Sequence record: OP045498.1 | Length of the DNA stretch: 64,000 nucleotides | From: Klebsiella phage 150049 | Direction: 5' to 3' (one strand) | In this document: in pieces, positions 10,476 through 19,733 of the stretch | Layout of the letters: the number at the start of each line of letters is the position of its first letter | How positions within the stretch are numbered: position 1 is the stretch's first letter | Translations under genes and position numbers: made by a program | Notes under the pieces: generated by a model | What the model saw: only the letters and a program-made list of their open reading frames with translations | Told to the model about the DNA's origin: nothing | The model's database searches: none

Positions 10476-10970
10476 ATGTCAGAAGAAAAATATGGCTTTT
10501 CGCTAGAAAGTGTGAATGAAGCTAAACACGATATGATCGTTTTAGTTGATTGTCATACTGGCTATTGCGGGGAGGGCTGGACGGAGGAACATTTTGTTCC
10601 CGCTGGCTGTGATCTGGACGCTTTCGCAAACGAACACGCATATGATAATGCTTCTCGTTTCGGTAGCGATGGGGAAGAAGATGAAGAAACAGGGGAATGG
10701 ATTGAAAATGATAATGTATATGCGAGTCTTTATCATTATCAATTGAGTAAGTCCGGTACTTATGTAAATGGCGGCGATCCTATTAATACCGTTATGAAAC
10801 TAATTATTAAACACGGTGGCGCGGAAATAATTGGTAACAAGGCGTTATTATACGCAAATCGATTAAAACAGCTTGTTTATATTCCTGATAATTCCCGTTG
10901 GGATGAATATGCCGTTTTACAGAAAGAATTAAAACGCTGTTTCAACATTGAAGCGTTAGAAATAGTCTAA
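10476..10970 (+). CDS. hypothetical acidic protein
   Basis: ORF with RBS AGGAG. Confidence 0.55.
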   Translation: MSEEKYGFSLESVNEAKHDMIVLVDCHTGYCGEGWTEEHFVPAGCDLDAFANEHAYDNASRFGSDGEEDEETGEWIENDNVYASLYHYQLSKSGTYVNGGDPINTVMKLIIKHGGAEIIGNKALLYANRLKQLVYIPDNSRWDEYAVLQKELKRCFNIEALEIV

Positions 10971-11076
10971 TGTAAAGTTTTGTAAAGGTCGCCTATGTTG
11001 GCGGCCTTTTTTGTTATAATGCCTTTACACCGAAACGGTGGATTGAAAATTTCCCTGATTTCTAGGAGGCGTTAAA

Positions 11077-11307
11077 ATGGTTGCTTTCTCTTCTTCTGAC
11101 TCTCTTTTCACTGGTAAAGGTTGGGTGTCTAATCGCTGGATTATTGATCAGATGGTTTCTGAATTTGGGATTGGTAAAACTTATGTTACCATTCAGGCGC
11201 TTTATGATAATGATAAGATTGACCAGCAAACCGCCGGATTTTTGCTGGACACGTTGAAATCAGAACATTGCACCAAAAAGCAAGCGGCGAAAATTGTTTT
11301 AATGTAA
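11077..11307 (+). CDS. hypothetical protein
   Basis: RBS AGGAGG upstream. Confidence 0.45.
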   Translation: MVAFSSSDSLFTGKGWVSNRWIIDQMVSEFGIGKTYVTIQALYDNDKIDQQTAGFLLDTLKSEHCTKKQAAKIVLM

Positions 11308-11312
11308 ATAAT

Positions 11313-11340
11313 AACGGGGCGTTACTTTCGCCCCTCATTC
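11313..11340 (+). terminator. hairpin terminator (weak T tract)
   Basis: GGGGCG ttactttc GCCCC. Confidence 0.35.
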
Positions 11341-11356
11341 CCTTACTAGGAGTCAT

Positions 11357-11573
11357 GCAAATGTTAAAGAATGTTTCCCTTGCCCGTTCTAAAGGTTTTA
11401 AGCTGGTGGATGTTAACACGTTTGAGCGTCCAGATTGTAAAATCGAATATGTAGCACGCAACAAAAACGCGTTTCGTGTTACTGAAAAGAAATTTGACAA
11501 GCGCGGAAATTTGGTAGCCGAAACGGTTAAACACTTTGCCACCTTTTACGCTGCTTTTCGTGGGGTATTATGA
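11357..11573 (+). CDS. hypothetical protein
   Basis: TAGGAG RBS before ATG 11357 (inner start of ORF 11268-11573). Confidence 0.45.
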
Positions 11574-11682
11574 GATCCTTATATATTGCTCTAGCGTTTG
11601 CTACCGTTGGCGTTGTTTGCTCATTCGCTGCATTTGTTTTAAAAATGTACCTGATATTTTCCCAGCTTTAGGAGCTTGACAA

Positions 11683-12027
11683 ATGGTTATATACGAGGGT
11701 AATCGTTTTGTTACTAATTGCCGTCCGGCATTATTAGCAAGCTATTTAAATCAGCTTTCACCAGTTTATAAAGGCGTGGTTAATATCTATGAAGGCAAAG
11801 CACATTATAAGATTAATGCCGTTGTTGCTCGCGAGCTTGCCTTCCAGTTTCTTACTTTTGGCGCATGTGATGTACAGGTTATGGGTGAGCCATTAGTAGC
11901 AGAAAATGAAAATGAATTTATTGACATTTTCCGCAAAGTATGTACAGAGCGCCTGATTATGAAAGGCGCATATATTCAATCAACCGCTGAAAGTATCGAA
12001 ACAGCGTTTCGAAAGGTGGCGCAATGA
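11683..12027 (+). CDS. hypothetical protein
   Basis: ORF. Confidence 0.5.
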   Translation: MVIYEGNRFVTNCRPALLASYLNQLSPVYKGVVNIYEGKAHYKINAVVARELAFQFLTFGACDVQVMGEPLVAENENEFIDIFRKVCTERLIMKGAYIQSTAESIETAFRKVAQ

Positions 12028-12224
12028 CTAAAGATGAAGCGTTAGAAAAAATGAAACAAGGTTTCAAAGTTAGTAATCAATATTTTACTAGCGATGAATT
12101 TTTGTACATGAAAGAAAACGGCGTGATCATGTCGGAAGATGGTTACAATTTTAATGATTGGTTTTTCAATATTCGCAAGGGGGAGGAATGGAAGCTAGAC
12201 GGTTGGAGCGTTTACCGTGAATAG
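12024..12224 (+). CDS. hypothetical protein
   Basis: ATGA overlap with previous ORF. Confidence 0.45.
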   Translation: MTKDEALEKMKQGFKVSNQYFTSDEFLYMKENGVIMSEDGYNFNDWFFNIRKGEEWKLDGWSVYRE

Positions 12225-12347
12225 CTGGTGGCGAAAAACACAAAGCCATAAATCTAATAATACCGCTGGGAAACATTCCCAGCGTTTACGATTTGGTAAT
12301 GGCTTTACAATGATATTGATAATCATTCTCATTCTAGGAGCAATGGC

Positions 12348-12587
12348 ATGGCTGTAAGAATTTTACGATATGTAGAACGTAAAGAAACCGATATTATGCA
12401 ACATCATTTAACTGATGGGCAATACGCGCAATTTTTAGAAATGCGGAAAAGCGGAGCTAGTACGGCGGCGCTAGGGGCGTGGATCAATTCAGTCTCAACG
12501 TGTACGCATTTTGACTCATATGGATATACGCCAGCCGAAACCGTCCAGATCTTTGACGACTACGAGAAGGAATACATAGCAGACTAA
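12348..12587 (+). CDS. hypothetical protein
   Basis: ORF followed by terminator. Confidence 0.5.
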   Translation: MAVRILRYVERKETDIMQHHLTDGQYAQFLEMRKSGASTAALGAWINSVSTCTHFDSYGYTPAETVQIFDDYEKEYIAD

Positions 12588-12593
12588 TAATAA

Positions 12594-12624
12594 CGGGGCG
12601 CAACTACCGGCCCCGCCTTTTCTG
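12594..12624 (+). terminator. rho-independent terminator
   Basis: CGGGGC gcaactacc GCCCCG then CCTTTTCTG. Confidence 0.55.
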
Positions 12625-12734
12625 CCTGCAAACAAATTTCCCCTTATTAAAATACCTCCTCCAAAAATAAACGCGTTAGGATGCGTTACAGAGCGTTTTA
12701 GAGCTATATTAGAGTTATTCACTACGCAGGAATA

Positions 12735-12750
12735 CTGTATAAATATACAG
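12735..12750. promoter_or_regulatory. LexA-box-like palindrome CTGTATAAATATACAG (right copy)
   Basis: Identical 16-mer to 9152-9167; lies inside a ~50-bp imperfect inverted repeat of 9121-9167 that also contains GTTGATAA/TGTGGATAA DnaA-box-like elements (12834-12842). Confidence 0.45.
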
Positions 12751-12867
12751 TAGAATAACCTGTTGATAAGTCTGTTGATAACGCCTCAAAATCGCTAGGA
12801 TTTTGTCAAGTCAAATCGTGCTGTTAATAAACCTGTGGATAACTTAAATAACAGTGTTTCTCACTTC

Positions 12868-13020
12868 GCTTTCTAAATGCAAATCATTCTCATTATGCGA
12901 CTCATTCGCATTCCGCCAATCAAATGATAACCATTCTCATTCCTCTTTCTAAACGCGAATCATTCTCATTCGCATTCAACTTCTCAAATGCGAATCAATC
13001 TCATTATCATTCGCATTTCG
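12868..13020. repeat. three ~26-bp direct repeats (TTCTAAAtGCgAATCAtTCTCATT family)
   Basis: Visible tandem-like copies of aatcattctcatt / cattcgcatt units. Confidence 0.55.
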
Positions 13021-13056
13021 GCAGGCAGGGCATTTTCATTTTTGCCCTGCGCTTTT

Positions 13057-13796
13057 GTGCAAATCCGACATTTGCCCCCACGGATTACGTGCCAGCGTGC
13101 ATGTGCGAATCCGACAATTTTTGGTAGTGTGCAAATCCGATGGGAAATATTTTTATAGTGTGCAAATACGACAATGAATTTTCCTAAAAACTCGGGCAGA
13201 CTCGTGCTGCGCACAAATCCAGCCGTATATGTGCAAATACGACATGAAATTTCTAGGAATGAGATGTGCAGATCCTACAAGATTTTTGTGACTTCGATGA
13301 TAGGGTGTGTGATTGTGTGGGTTTGGGGAGAAGTGCGAATCCGATGAGATTTTGGGAGGAACTACGGGAGGAGCAGCGGTGATGGTGCTTTAGCACCGGT
13401 TTGCTGCGTTTTTGGGGGTAATGCGGGATGTTTTGGCTAGAATTGAGATTAGGGGAGATTATGCGAAATTTTATTAGCAAAATAGGGCAAAATAGCTTGA
13501 CAAGTGAAAATTCCTGTGGCTCTAAAAACTCAGGCAATCATGGGCCTTCGGCCCGAAATAATGCTGCTATTTTCAGTGTTCCTAAAAACTTTGGAGACTC
13601 CTATCAATGTGCAAATCCGACCATAAATTTCTAGAAACACAGTGTGCAAATCCGATAGTAATTTCCAGAAATGTGTTTTGGAAAAATGTCTACTAGAAAT
13701 AACCGCCCTGTATTAAACCGCCCTGTATTAAACCGCCTATTGCTGGAGTTTTTAGGAACAGGAGAAACTGCCCTATAACATGTGCAAATACGACAG
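13057..13796. repeat. iteron array: about 11 copies of 14-mer GTGCAAATCCGACA-like, irregular 25-71 bp spacing
   Basis: Copies start at 13057, 13103, 13128, 13160, 13209 (degenerate), 13231, 13266, 13333, 13609, 13645 and 13783; interleaved TTCCTAGAAAC-like motifs and a 16-bp tandem (aaccgccctgtatta) at 13712-13755. Confidence 0.6.
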
Positions 13797-14148
13797 GATT
13801 TTCCTAGAAACTTAGGAGTCTACTAGAAAGTGTTGTGCCATCCTAGGAAGAGCGGCGGCAACAAGTGTATCATCTTGAATGTAAATTATGTGGACAAAAG
13901 TTTTACCTTTTATTTAAATATAAGATCCCCCAATCTCGTAAGTCTGCTGCTCTAGGCGTTCAAGATCTGTATGCTAATCCCGTGATAACTGCTGCAGAAT
14001 ACATCCTAACGCCAGAGGCGCTGGTGTACTCTTCGAGTTGGGATAGCAATAATCTTGTTGCCTAGAGCTAAAAACAGAAGTTGTTTTTAATCTATGAGAT
14101 TATTATAACATGTGCCTTAATGAGTTGTCAAGAAGATTTTGTTAACGT

Positions 14149-14880
14149 TTATTCCTTCCGCTTGTATTTGAGAACGATACCCTTCGAGACCATGAAGAGG
14201 AAAGTTGCAAGATAGGAATGTGGGGATTTTAGCGCATCATAATCTACAGTCCCGAAAGAACCTTCGCCAAAAACTTCGGAGTTCTCAAAGGTTGGTAGTA
14301 AACGTGCTAATCCGACAGCTCCTAGAATCTTAAAGAATTGATCCCAGTCATTTAACATTGCTTTATGTGCAGACTGTAAGATTAACGGCATCTCTATTTT
14401 CTTTTCGAGACATAGATGAACCTGCGCAATCGTAGAAGCAATCCCTAGCAATACTTCATCTTTTGTATAAGGGAAGCCTTCTTCTTTTCTTTGGAGTCTA
14501 GGAAGATGATCATATTCACAACGTTTAGGTGGAATAAACTTTTCATCAGGATAGAGTTCTAATGCAACCTTAACATTCCCTTCTCTAAATGTAGGAAGTT
14601 CCTGATCCGCAAATACATGGTATGAATTTGCTTTGAACCCTACAATATTATCACCAACAGAATTGATGATCTTTCTCATTGCAATATAAGCGGGAGATAA
14701 TGTTACGAAATTTTCTTCTTTATTATATTTAACAATTCCAGCTTCTGTGTAAGCTGCGGGATGAAACTCAGAACAGAATGCTACTGCGTGAGCTTCATCT
14801 GGAGTTAGCTCAGAAACACATTTACCATCTGCATTTCTAGCTAACTTAATAATAGTCTTTAAGTTCTCACTAATACTCAT
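14149..14880 (-). CDS. hypothetical protein
   Basis: ORF. Confidence 0.55.
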   Translation of the reverse strand: MSISENLKTIIKLARNADGKCVSELTPDEAHAVAFCSEFHPAAYTEAGIVKYNKEENFVTLSPAYIAMRKIINSVGDNIVGFKANSYHVFADQELPTFREGNVKVALELYPDEKFIPPKRCEYDHLPRLQRKEEGFPYTKDEVLLGIASTIAQVHLCLEKKIEMPLILQSAHKAMLNDWDQFFKILGAVGLARLLPTFENSEVFGEGSFGTVDYDALKSPHSYLATFLFMVSKGIVLKYKRKE

Positions 14881-15227
14881 ATATCCCAGGCCTGATCTCC
14901 AGTGGACTTTTTAACTGGTCTTTCTTTTAATGTTATGACTCTATCTATAGCGGGATCTAATTTAATCCATATTAGATTTAGTTGAGCAACAATATGGGAC
15001 ATGTTTCTAGCTGTGAAAGGTATATCTTTTGGCAGCCTAAATACTAGCTCTTTGAGATCATTCATTAAATGAGCATCAGCAAAGAATAAGTACGATAGCC
15101 TTTCCACACGTTCATATTCATCCTCTTTAATTTCAAAGATCCCAATAGTTTCTTCGTTATTAAAAGACTTTTCATTGAGAAAAGCCACCTTGCAGTGGCC
15201 TATAGTAAATTCAGTAACTAGTTCCAT
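14877..15227 (-). CDS. hypothetical protein
   Basis: ATGA overlap. Confidence 0.5.
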   Translation of the reverse strand: MELVTEFTIGHCKVAFLNEKSFNNEETIGIFEIKEDEYERVERLSYLFFADAHLMNDLKELVFRLPKDIPFTARNMSHIVAQLNLIWIKLDPAIDRVITLKERPVKKSTGDQAWDI

Positions 15228-15883
15228 TAATTAAAACCCTTACTATTAGTCAGATCAACAAGAGCTTCCATAACAGCATCAGCTAAGCTCTCATTCCTAC
15301 TAGATGGTGTACTCAAATGAATAGTGTATGAGTTCCTAGAAACTCCAGAGTCCTCGAACTGTTTCTGTGCTATCTCTTGGAACTTCTCGGTAGATCCCGT
15401 ACCACCATCTGCAATCTTTAGAGCATCAATTTTAGTACCGATTACCATTCCATTAGCTAGAATGGGTTCTCCACTAGCTTCCCCAAACTTATATGATTGC
15501 GTATTACTTACCACGCCACCACAAGGAACATTGTGCATATCCGACATTAATCTTTTATCAGAATTAGTCAGTGCAGTAATATGCCAAGGGTCATTACGAG
15601 GAATAGTTGTAGTACTCGGGCGATTCACTTCAGTCTTCACGAGTTTGTATCCTGCATCGATCAGTGCATTAATCAGATTATCAGCCGGGATGCGAGCTGT
15701 GCCAAAGATCTTACGAGCATTCATGAGCTTAGCCTGAAACTCTTTGCAAGCCTGAAGATCAATGTGCAAAAACGACAGTTGCATAGATTTAAACTGTACT
15801 GTAGCAGTCAGATCTTTAAAGCTGTAATCCCATGTGTCGAGTTCATGATCTGCAACTACTTTAATGGTTTGTTGTGTAAACAT
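15227..15883 (-). CDS. hypothetical protein
   Basis: ORF. Confidence 0.55.
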   Translation of the reverse strand: MFTQQTIKVVADHELDTWDYSFKDLTATVQFKSMQLSFLHIDLQACKEFQAKLMNARKIFGTARIPADNLINALIDAGYKLVKTEVNRPSTTTIPRNDPWHITALTNSDKRLMSDMHNVPCGGVVSNTQSYKFGEASGEPILANGMVIGTKIDALKIADGGTGSTEKFQEIAQKQFEDSGVSRNSYTIHLSTPSSRNESLADAVMEALVDLTNSKGFN

Positions 15884-16068
15884 TATCTATTCTCCAGTTT
15901 ATCTAACAGCTTACGAGCTGCGATATTATGTTGTTTAATTTCTCGGTTAAGAATCTGATTCTCACTATCTAATTCTAGATTCTTAACATTGAGGCGACTA
16001 CATACAATTATCAAGCCTAGAATAGTTAAGAGTGAGCCGCCTAGTAGTACAAGAAGTAATGTTTCCAT
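15883..16068 (-). CDS. small membrane protein
   Basis: TM helix; 1-nt overlaps between adjacent ORFs. Confidence 0.4.
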   Translation of the reverse strand: METLLLVLLGGSLLTILGLIIVCSRLNVKNLELDSENQILNREIKQHNIAARKLLDKLENR

Positions 16069-16301
16069 TATTTGATTCCCATGTAACGTTTAAGATATAC
16101 TATGAAGTCTTCTGCTGTATGTTCTAGGCTACCTTGGGCCACGAATAGCTTGAGAGATTCACGTTGTAATTTAAGAGTAGCCACCTCTCCACGTAACTTT
16201 GTTAGATCCTCTGCTAATTCTCTGGCTCTACGCATAATAACGAAAGATACGAGTATTACTATGAATAACATAACTACTAAGACGCTTGCTACAATTTCCA
16301 T
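16068..16301 (-). CDS. small membrane protein
   Basis: N-terminal TM. Confidence 0.4.
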   Translation of the reverse strand: MEIVASVLVVMLFIVILVSFVIMRRARELAEDLTKLRGEVATLKLQRESLKLFVAQGSLEHTAEDFIVYLKRYMGIK

Positions 16302-16588
16302 TAGTTACTCCAAATTAACATCCAACTCTTATCAAAATTAGATGCTCTATTAATTAATTCGCCCATAGAAACATTATTGTCGTCTATGGCTTCTTGTACA
16401 AACTCTTTACCAAAATCATCTAATAAGTATTCTGTATCATTTATAATAATCTTATAGAGGGTTGGGACTAAAGGATGTTGATGATTAAGTGGATTCTCAT
16501 TAACAGTTATCTCATGCCTTCCCCACGTCGTCTTGAACAGTTTGTGGGATAGTAGAGCTAAGGGGTTTGACCAGACTACGTACTCCAT
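16301..16588 (-). CDS. hypothetical protein
   Basis: AGGAG RBS; overlaps the next upstream gene by 77 nt. Confidence 0.4.
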   Translation of the reverse strand: MEYVVWSNPLALLSHKLFKTTWGRHEITVNENPLNHQHPLVPTLYKIIINDTEYLLDDFGKEFVQEAIDDNNVSMGELINRASNFDKSWMLIWSN

Positions 16589-17030
16589 CTTTCTTTAACT
16601 CCTGTTTTAACTTTTGATCTTTATTATACCAAATTATATGCTCACCGTCAACTACAAATTTGTGGAAAGGTGCTGGTACGGTGTACACTCCATATTCTGT
16701 TAAGCGTGTCACAACTTTATGAGCACATAATCGGCAACCGTGTCCTTCTAAGTGAGACCGTGCAGTTTGCAAGAAGTAGCCATCATGATCTGGGCAATAG
16801 ATCTCAACCTGCTGCTGCATAGTTCTATACTTAACTCTTTCATATCCAAAGAACTTACCATGTGCTTCTACAGCTCTCCTGATAAAGATAAGATTAAGTG
16901 CATCTTGCTGGAAGTCTGGATGAAGTTGTTTGAGCTTAGTTCTATTAATAGATCCATCTGATTTAGTGAATCTATTTATGGGGAATTGTAATGCTTCCTC
17001 ATAAAGTAATTCGTTTATTTTATCTCTCAT
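16512..17030 (-). CDS. Cys/His-rich protein, possible zinc-finger/HNH-like nuclease
   Basis: CPDHDGY...GHGCRLCAH motif; start placed at ATG 17030, downstream of terminator hairpin 17040-17066. Confidence 0.4.
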   Translation of the reverse strand: MRDKINELLYEEALQFPINRFTKSDGSINRTKLKQLHPDFQQDALNLIFIRRAVEAHGKFFGYERVKYRTMQQQVEIYCPDHDGYFLQTARSHLEGHGCRLCAHKVVTRLTEYGVYTVPAPFHKFVVDGEHIIWYNKDQKLKQELKKDGVRSLVKPLSSTIPQTVQDDVGKA

Positions 17031-17039
17031 AGTATACAC

Positions 17040-17066
17040 GAAAGGCCAGAACAATTAAGTCCTGGC
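17040..17066 (-). terminator. hairpin terminator
   Basis: AGGCCAG ... CTGGCCT followed by TTCGTGT on the minus strand. Confidence 0.45.
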
Positions 17067-17074
17067 CTCTAGGA

Positions 17075-17458
17075 TTAGTGAAGTTGCTTGCCGTTTAAGG
17101 CCATATCAGCAGTTTCCAGAAGAGATTCAGTAATCTCACGAGAAACTAGATATTCATCAATTGAGTGGCGGCGTTTATAGGCATAAGCATTAACAATCAG
17201 ATCTAGAGCACCGAGAACATCATGAACAGTTACTTCTTCATCATTATCTAGCTCTTCTTGGGTAATCTCGATTAACTGGCCAACTGCCATTAAAAGCCCA
17301 AGAATATCTGCTGTTTCACCTGCCACCAGCGGATTAGCACATCCTACTGTAAGATCGAAAGCATGATTGACAATTGACTGCCCATCAACGCTTCCTTCCT
17401 CAATCTGCTTCTCCAACTGCTTCATCTGCTCTAGCACTGGATTTTTCTTTTGTGTCAT
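17075..17458 (-). CDS. hypothetical acidic protein
   Basis: Start at ATG 17458 with AGGAAAT RBS. Confidence 0.45.
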   Translation of the reverse strand: MTQKKNPVLEQMKQLEKQIEEGSVDGQSIVNHAFDLTVGCANPLVAGETADILGLLMAVGQLIEITQEELDNDEEVTVHDVLGALDLIVNAYAYKRRHSIDEYLVSREITESLLETADMALNGKQLH

Positions 17459-17867
17459 GGTAAAGATTTCCTGTATCAGTTGGAAGGAATGCCGACTGTG
17501 CTTTCGGCGGATGTTGTTTAGCAATCCAGTTGAGGATCAGTACACGGCTAGGAACGATATCGGTGTTATACCAGAAGTCATGAATCCAATGTCGTGCATC
17601 TTCGAACTTACCGAACTTATACGCTTTCTTAAACAGTTCAAAACCAAAACAATCAGGTGCAAAATCTACATCACGATAAGGAATTACCTTAGAACCGGTG
17701 AGATCTTGAATCGCTGCATTAATCTCTGTATGCGAGAACTTCGTCTCATGGAAAGTATTAAAGAAGCGGTAATTAAAACGTCCGTTCGTTTCGACAAACA
17801 ACTGGATGAATAGATCATTAAATTGGCCATCAAACCAGTAATTCTGTAATCTTTGCAGTGCTGTCAT
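17400..17867 (-). CDS. hypothetical protein
   Basis: ORF; 3' end overlaps next gene by 58 nt. Confidence 0.45.
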   Translation of the reverse strand: MTALQRLQNYWFDGQFNDLFIQLFVETNGRFNYRFFNTFHETKFSHTEINAAIQDLTGSKVIPYRDVDFAPDCFGFELFKKAYKFGKFEDARHWIHDFWYNTDIVPSRVLILNWIAKQHPPKAQSAFLPTDTGNLYHDTKEKSSARADEAVGEAD

Positions 17868-18064
17868 TTACGAACTCCATTTATTGCTGCGATAACGCCT
17901 TCATACATGAAAGGAAGAACTTGTGAAATGTGGAAATCTTGAACTGTCCAACCAGCTTCTTGATACATAATGTTAATGATTGCACAACTTAACATAAAAG
18001 CTGGTAAAATTATAAAATACTCCCAAATGGATTGGGAGAGCTTAGAACTAAGAAGTCTTAGCAT
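17864..18064 (-). CDS. small membrane protein
   Basis: Hydrophobic ORF. Confidence 0.35.
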   Translation of the reverse strand: MLRLLSSKLSQSIWEYFIILPAFMLSCAIINIMYQEAGWTVQDFHISQVLPFMYEGVIAAINGVRK

Positions 18065-18163
18065 TGTTTTTAAGTCTCCGTATTACTTTGGCCTGCTCAA
18101 CGATTATGAAAACGGCAACCACTAAACCGAAGATTAGGATTGCCGTAACAGTTGTTAAATCAA

Positions 18164-18496
18164 TCAAGGTAGACGCCAAACGTAATGGGCTGTCCAAAGT
18201 GTTTCTGGTTCATCGTCATGATGCATCACTAAGGACTCTGGAGAATAACTATTAGCTAGTTCTTTACGAACCATCTCACGTTCTTCACCAGTTTCAATAT
18301 TTTTAACAATCACTTTCATATTAAGAGGAGTTAACTCAGAAAGCGGTCGCCATAAGTCTTCCAGATCTGTTTTAGTTTTATTCTGGATAGATTGAAGGAC
18401 TTCTAGTGTCTGGGGGTCTACGTTAATAAACCCACGTTCAGTAACAAAACCTAGAAACTCGTCCAGCAGGGTTAATTCACTAAAATTAAGCTTCAT
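18164..18496 (-). CDS. hypothetical protein
   Basis: ORF. Confidence 0.5.
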   Translation of the reverse strand: MKLNFSELTLLDEFLGFVTERGFINVDPQTLEVLQSIQNKTKTDLEDLWRPLSELTPLNMKVIVKNIETGEEREMVRKELANSYSPESLVMHHDDEPETLWTAHYVWRLP

Positions 18497-18731
18497 CTTT
18501 CAGAATGTCCTCGATCAGGTCAGAAGATTGCTGTAGTTCGTCTACAATGCGTTTTACGTCAGTTTTTGTCACTTTACCTGCCAACATCGTGAACAACATA
18601 GCAACAATGATGATAGGAACTGGCAGAACAAATAGTGCTACTTTACCAACGTTCTTTGGAGTCCAGGTGTGATACTTAGTAACCAGAACACCAATAATAA
18701 CCAGATAAAAAGCTAAGATAATTAACATCAT
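18486..18731 (-). CDS. membrane protein
   Basis: Two TM segments. Confidence 0.45.
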   Translation of the reverse strand: MMLIILAFYLVIIGVLVTKYHTWTPKNVGKVALFVLPVPIIIVAMLFTMLAGKVTKTDVKRIVDELQQSSDLIEDILKDEA

Positions 18732-19009
18732 TTCTTAATCTCCGTGATTACCTGAGCGCGCAGGACTTTAATAGGAAGTTTAGTGTTACCAACAAGAGCT
18801 TCAACATTCTTTAGCTTTTCTTTAAGAAGATCTGAACGTCTTTGCGTGTCTTCGATATCTTTTTCAGCAGCTATATATTTTTCCCAAAGCGCATTATTGG
18901 TGGCCTTCATTGCTTCCATATTTTTATTAGCATTAAGAATGCCAATGATTCCACCAATTGCTGCTAAAGTCGTGAGAACCAGCAATCCAATTAAAATTTC
19001 TGTAATCAT
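18728..19009 (-). CDS. membrane-anchored coiled-coil protein
   Basis: N-terminal TM. Confidence 0.45.
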   Translation of the reverse strand: MITEILIGLLVLTTLAAIGGIIGILNANKNMEAMKATNNALWEKYIAAEKDIEDTQRRSDLLKEKLKNVEALVGNTKLPIKVLRAQVITEIKK

Positions 19010-19404
19010 TTAAATACTCCGTTGCCACATTCAATATATGGGCTTATAGTTCTATAAAACGTGATTTTTTCTAAAGATTGGTCTATTGATTTACAAAATC
19101 TTTTGGCCTCTTCAATTTGATGCTTTATTTCTTCCAAGTCTTTCATAACGTGTGCATCTTTTACTTCAGCACCGGAATATTTTGAGAGAGCTATATCAAA
19201 CTCTGCTTGATTAAGCACAAGGTTTGCTTCTGCGAGCATTTTATTACGTTTTGCTTGTTCTTTGATTTCCGGGCTAATGTACACTTGTTCAAGAGCTTCT
19301 TTCTTCTCATGCTGATTAAGCATGAAGTCACTAACACCGAGTGTGATAGCTAGAGAGACTAGGGCATTCAGCCCTAGTACAAGTAAGAATTTTCCATTAG
19401 TCAT
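19006..19404 (-). CDS. membrane-anchored protein
   Basis: N-terminal TM. Confidence 0.5.
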   Translation of the reverse strand: MTNGKFLLVLGLNALVSLAITLGVSDFMLNQHEKKEALEQVYISPEIKEQAKRNKMLAEANLVLNQAEFDIALSKYSGAEVKDAHVMKDLEEIKHQIEEAKRFCKSIDQSLEKITFYRTISPYIECGNGVFK

Positions 19405-19673
19405 TATTTCTTACCTTTCAGTTGCTTAACTTCACGCTCAAAAGATGCTGCACGACGTTCGGCAGTTGCTTGATGCTCTTTCGCAAAACGTGCTTCCTGT
19501 TTTGCGAGGTTGAATGCCATAGCATTCTTGTTCAGAGAATCGTACATCTTTTTCATTGCCGGAATAGACATCTTCATGAGCTGACCTTCAAAACCCTGCA
19601 TATCGAGGAGAATTGCCAGAACGTTAGCCATTTCAGTTTTAGTCATGTTTTCCATTAGAATTTCCTCTCTCAT
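19404..19673 (-). CDS. hypothetical protein
   Basis: Preceded by early promoter cassette. Confidence 0.5.
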   Translation of the reverse strand: MREEILMENMTKTEMANVLAILLDMQGFEGQLMKMSIPAMKKMYDSLNKNAMAFNLAKQEARFAKEHQATAERRAASFEREVKQLKGKK

Positions 19674-19730
19674 TAATTTATGAACTTATTATACAGAATT
19701 TTAAAGCTAAAAGCAACTGAATTTTTTATT
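19661..19730 (-). promoter_or_regulatory. early promoter cassette
   Basis: Minus-strand -35 TTGCTT-like and -10 TATAAT with 17-bp spacer, then ATAAATTAATGAGAGAGG leader and RBS. Confidence 0.6.
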
Positions 19731-19733
19731 TAC

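Noticed and set aside
13057-13796. Possible CRISPR array from the repeated GTGCAAATCCGACA units
   Set aside because: Repeat is only 14 bp, spacing is irregular (25-71 bp), copies are imperfect and interleaved with other repeat families, and there are no cas genes. An iteron or binding-site array is a better description.
13865-14065. 66 aa plus-strand ORF after the iteron array
   Set aside because: No convincing RBS; Cys/Leu-rich, sits in an AT-rich leader between the iterons and the resumption of minus-strand genes.
15324-15958. Plus-strand ORFs of 137 and 125 aa
   Set aside because: Antisense to CDS 15227-15883; no translation signals.
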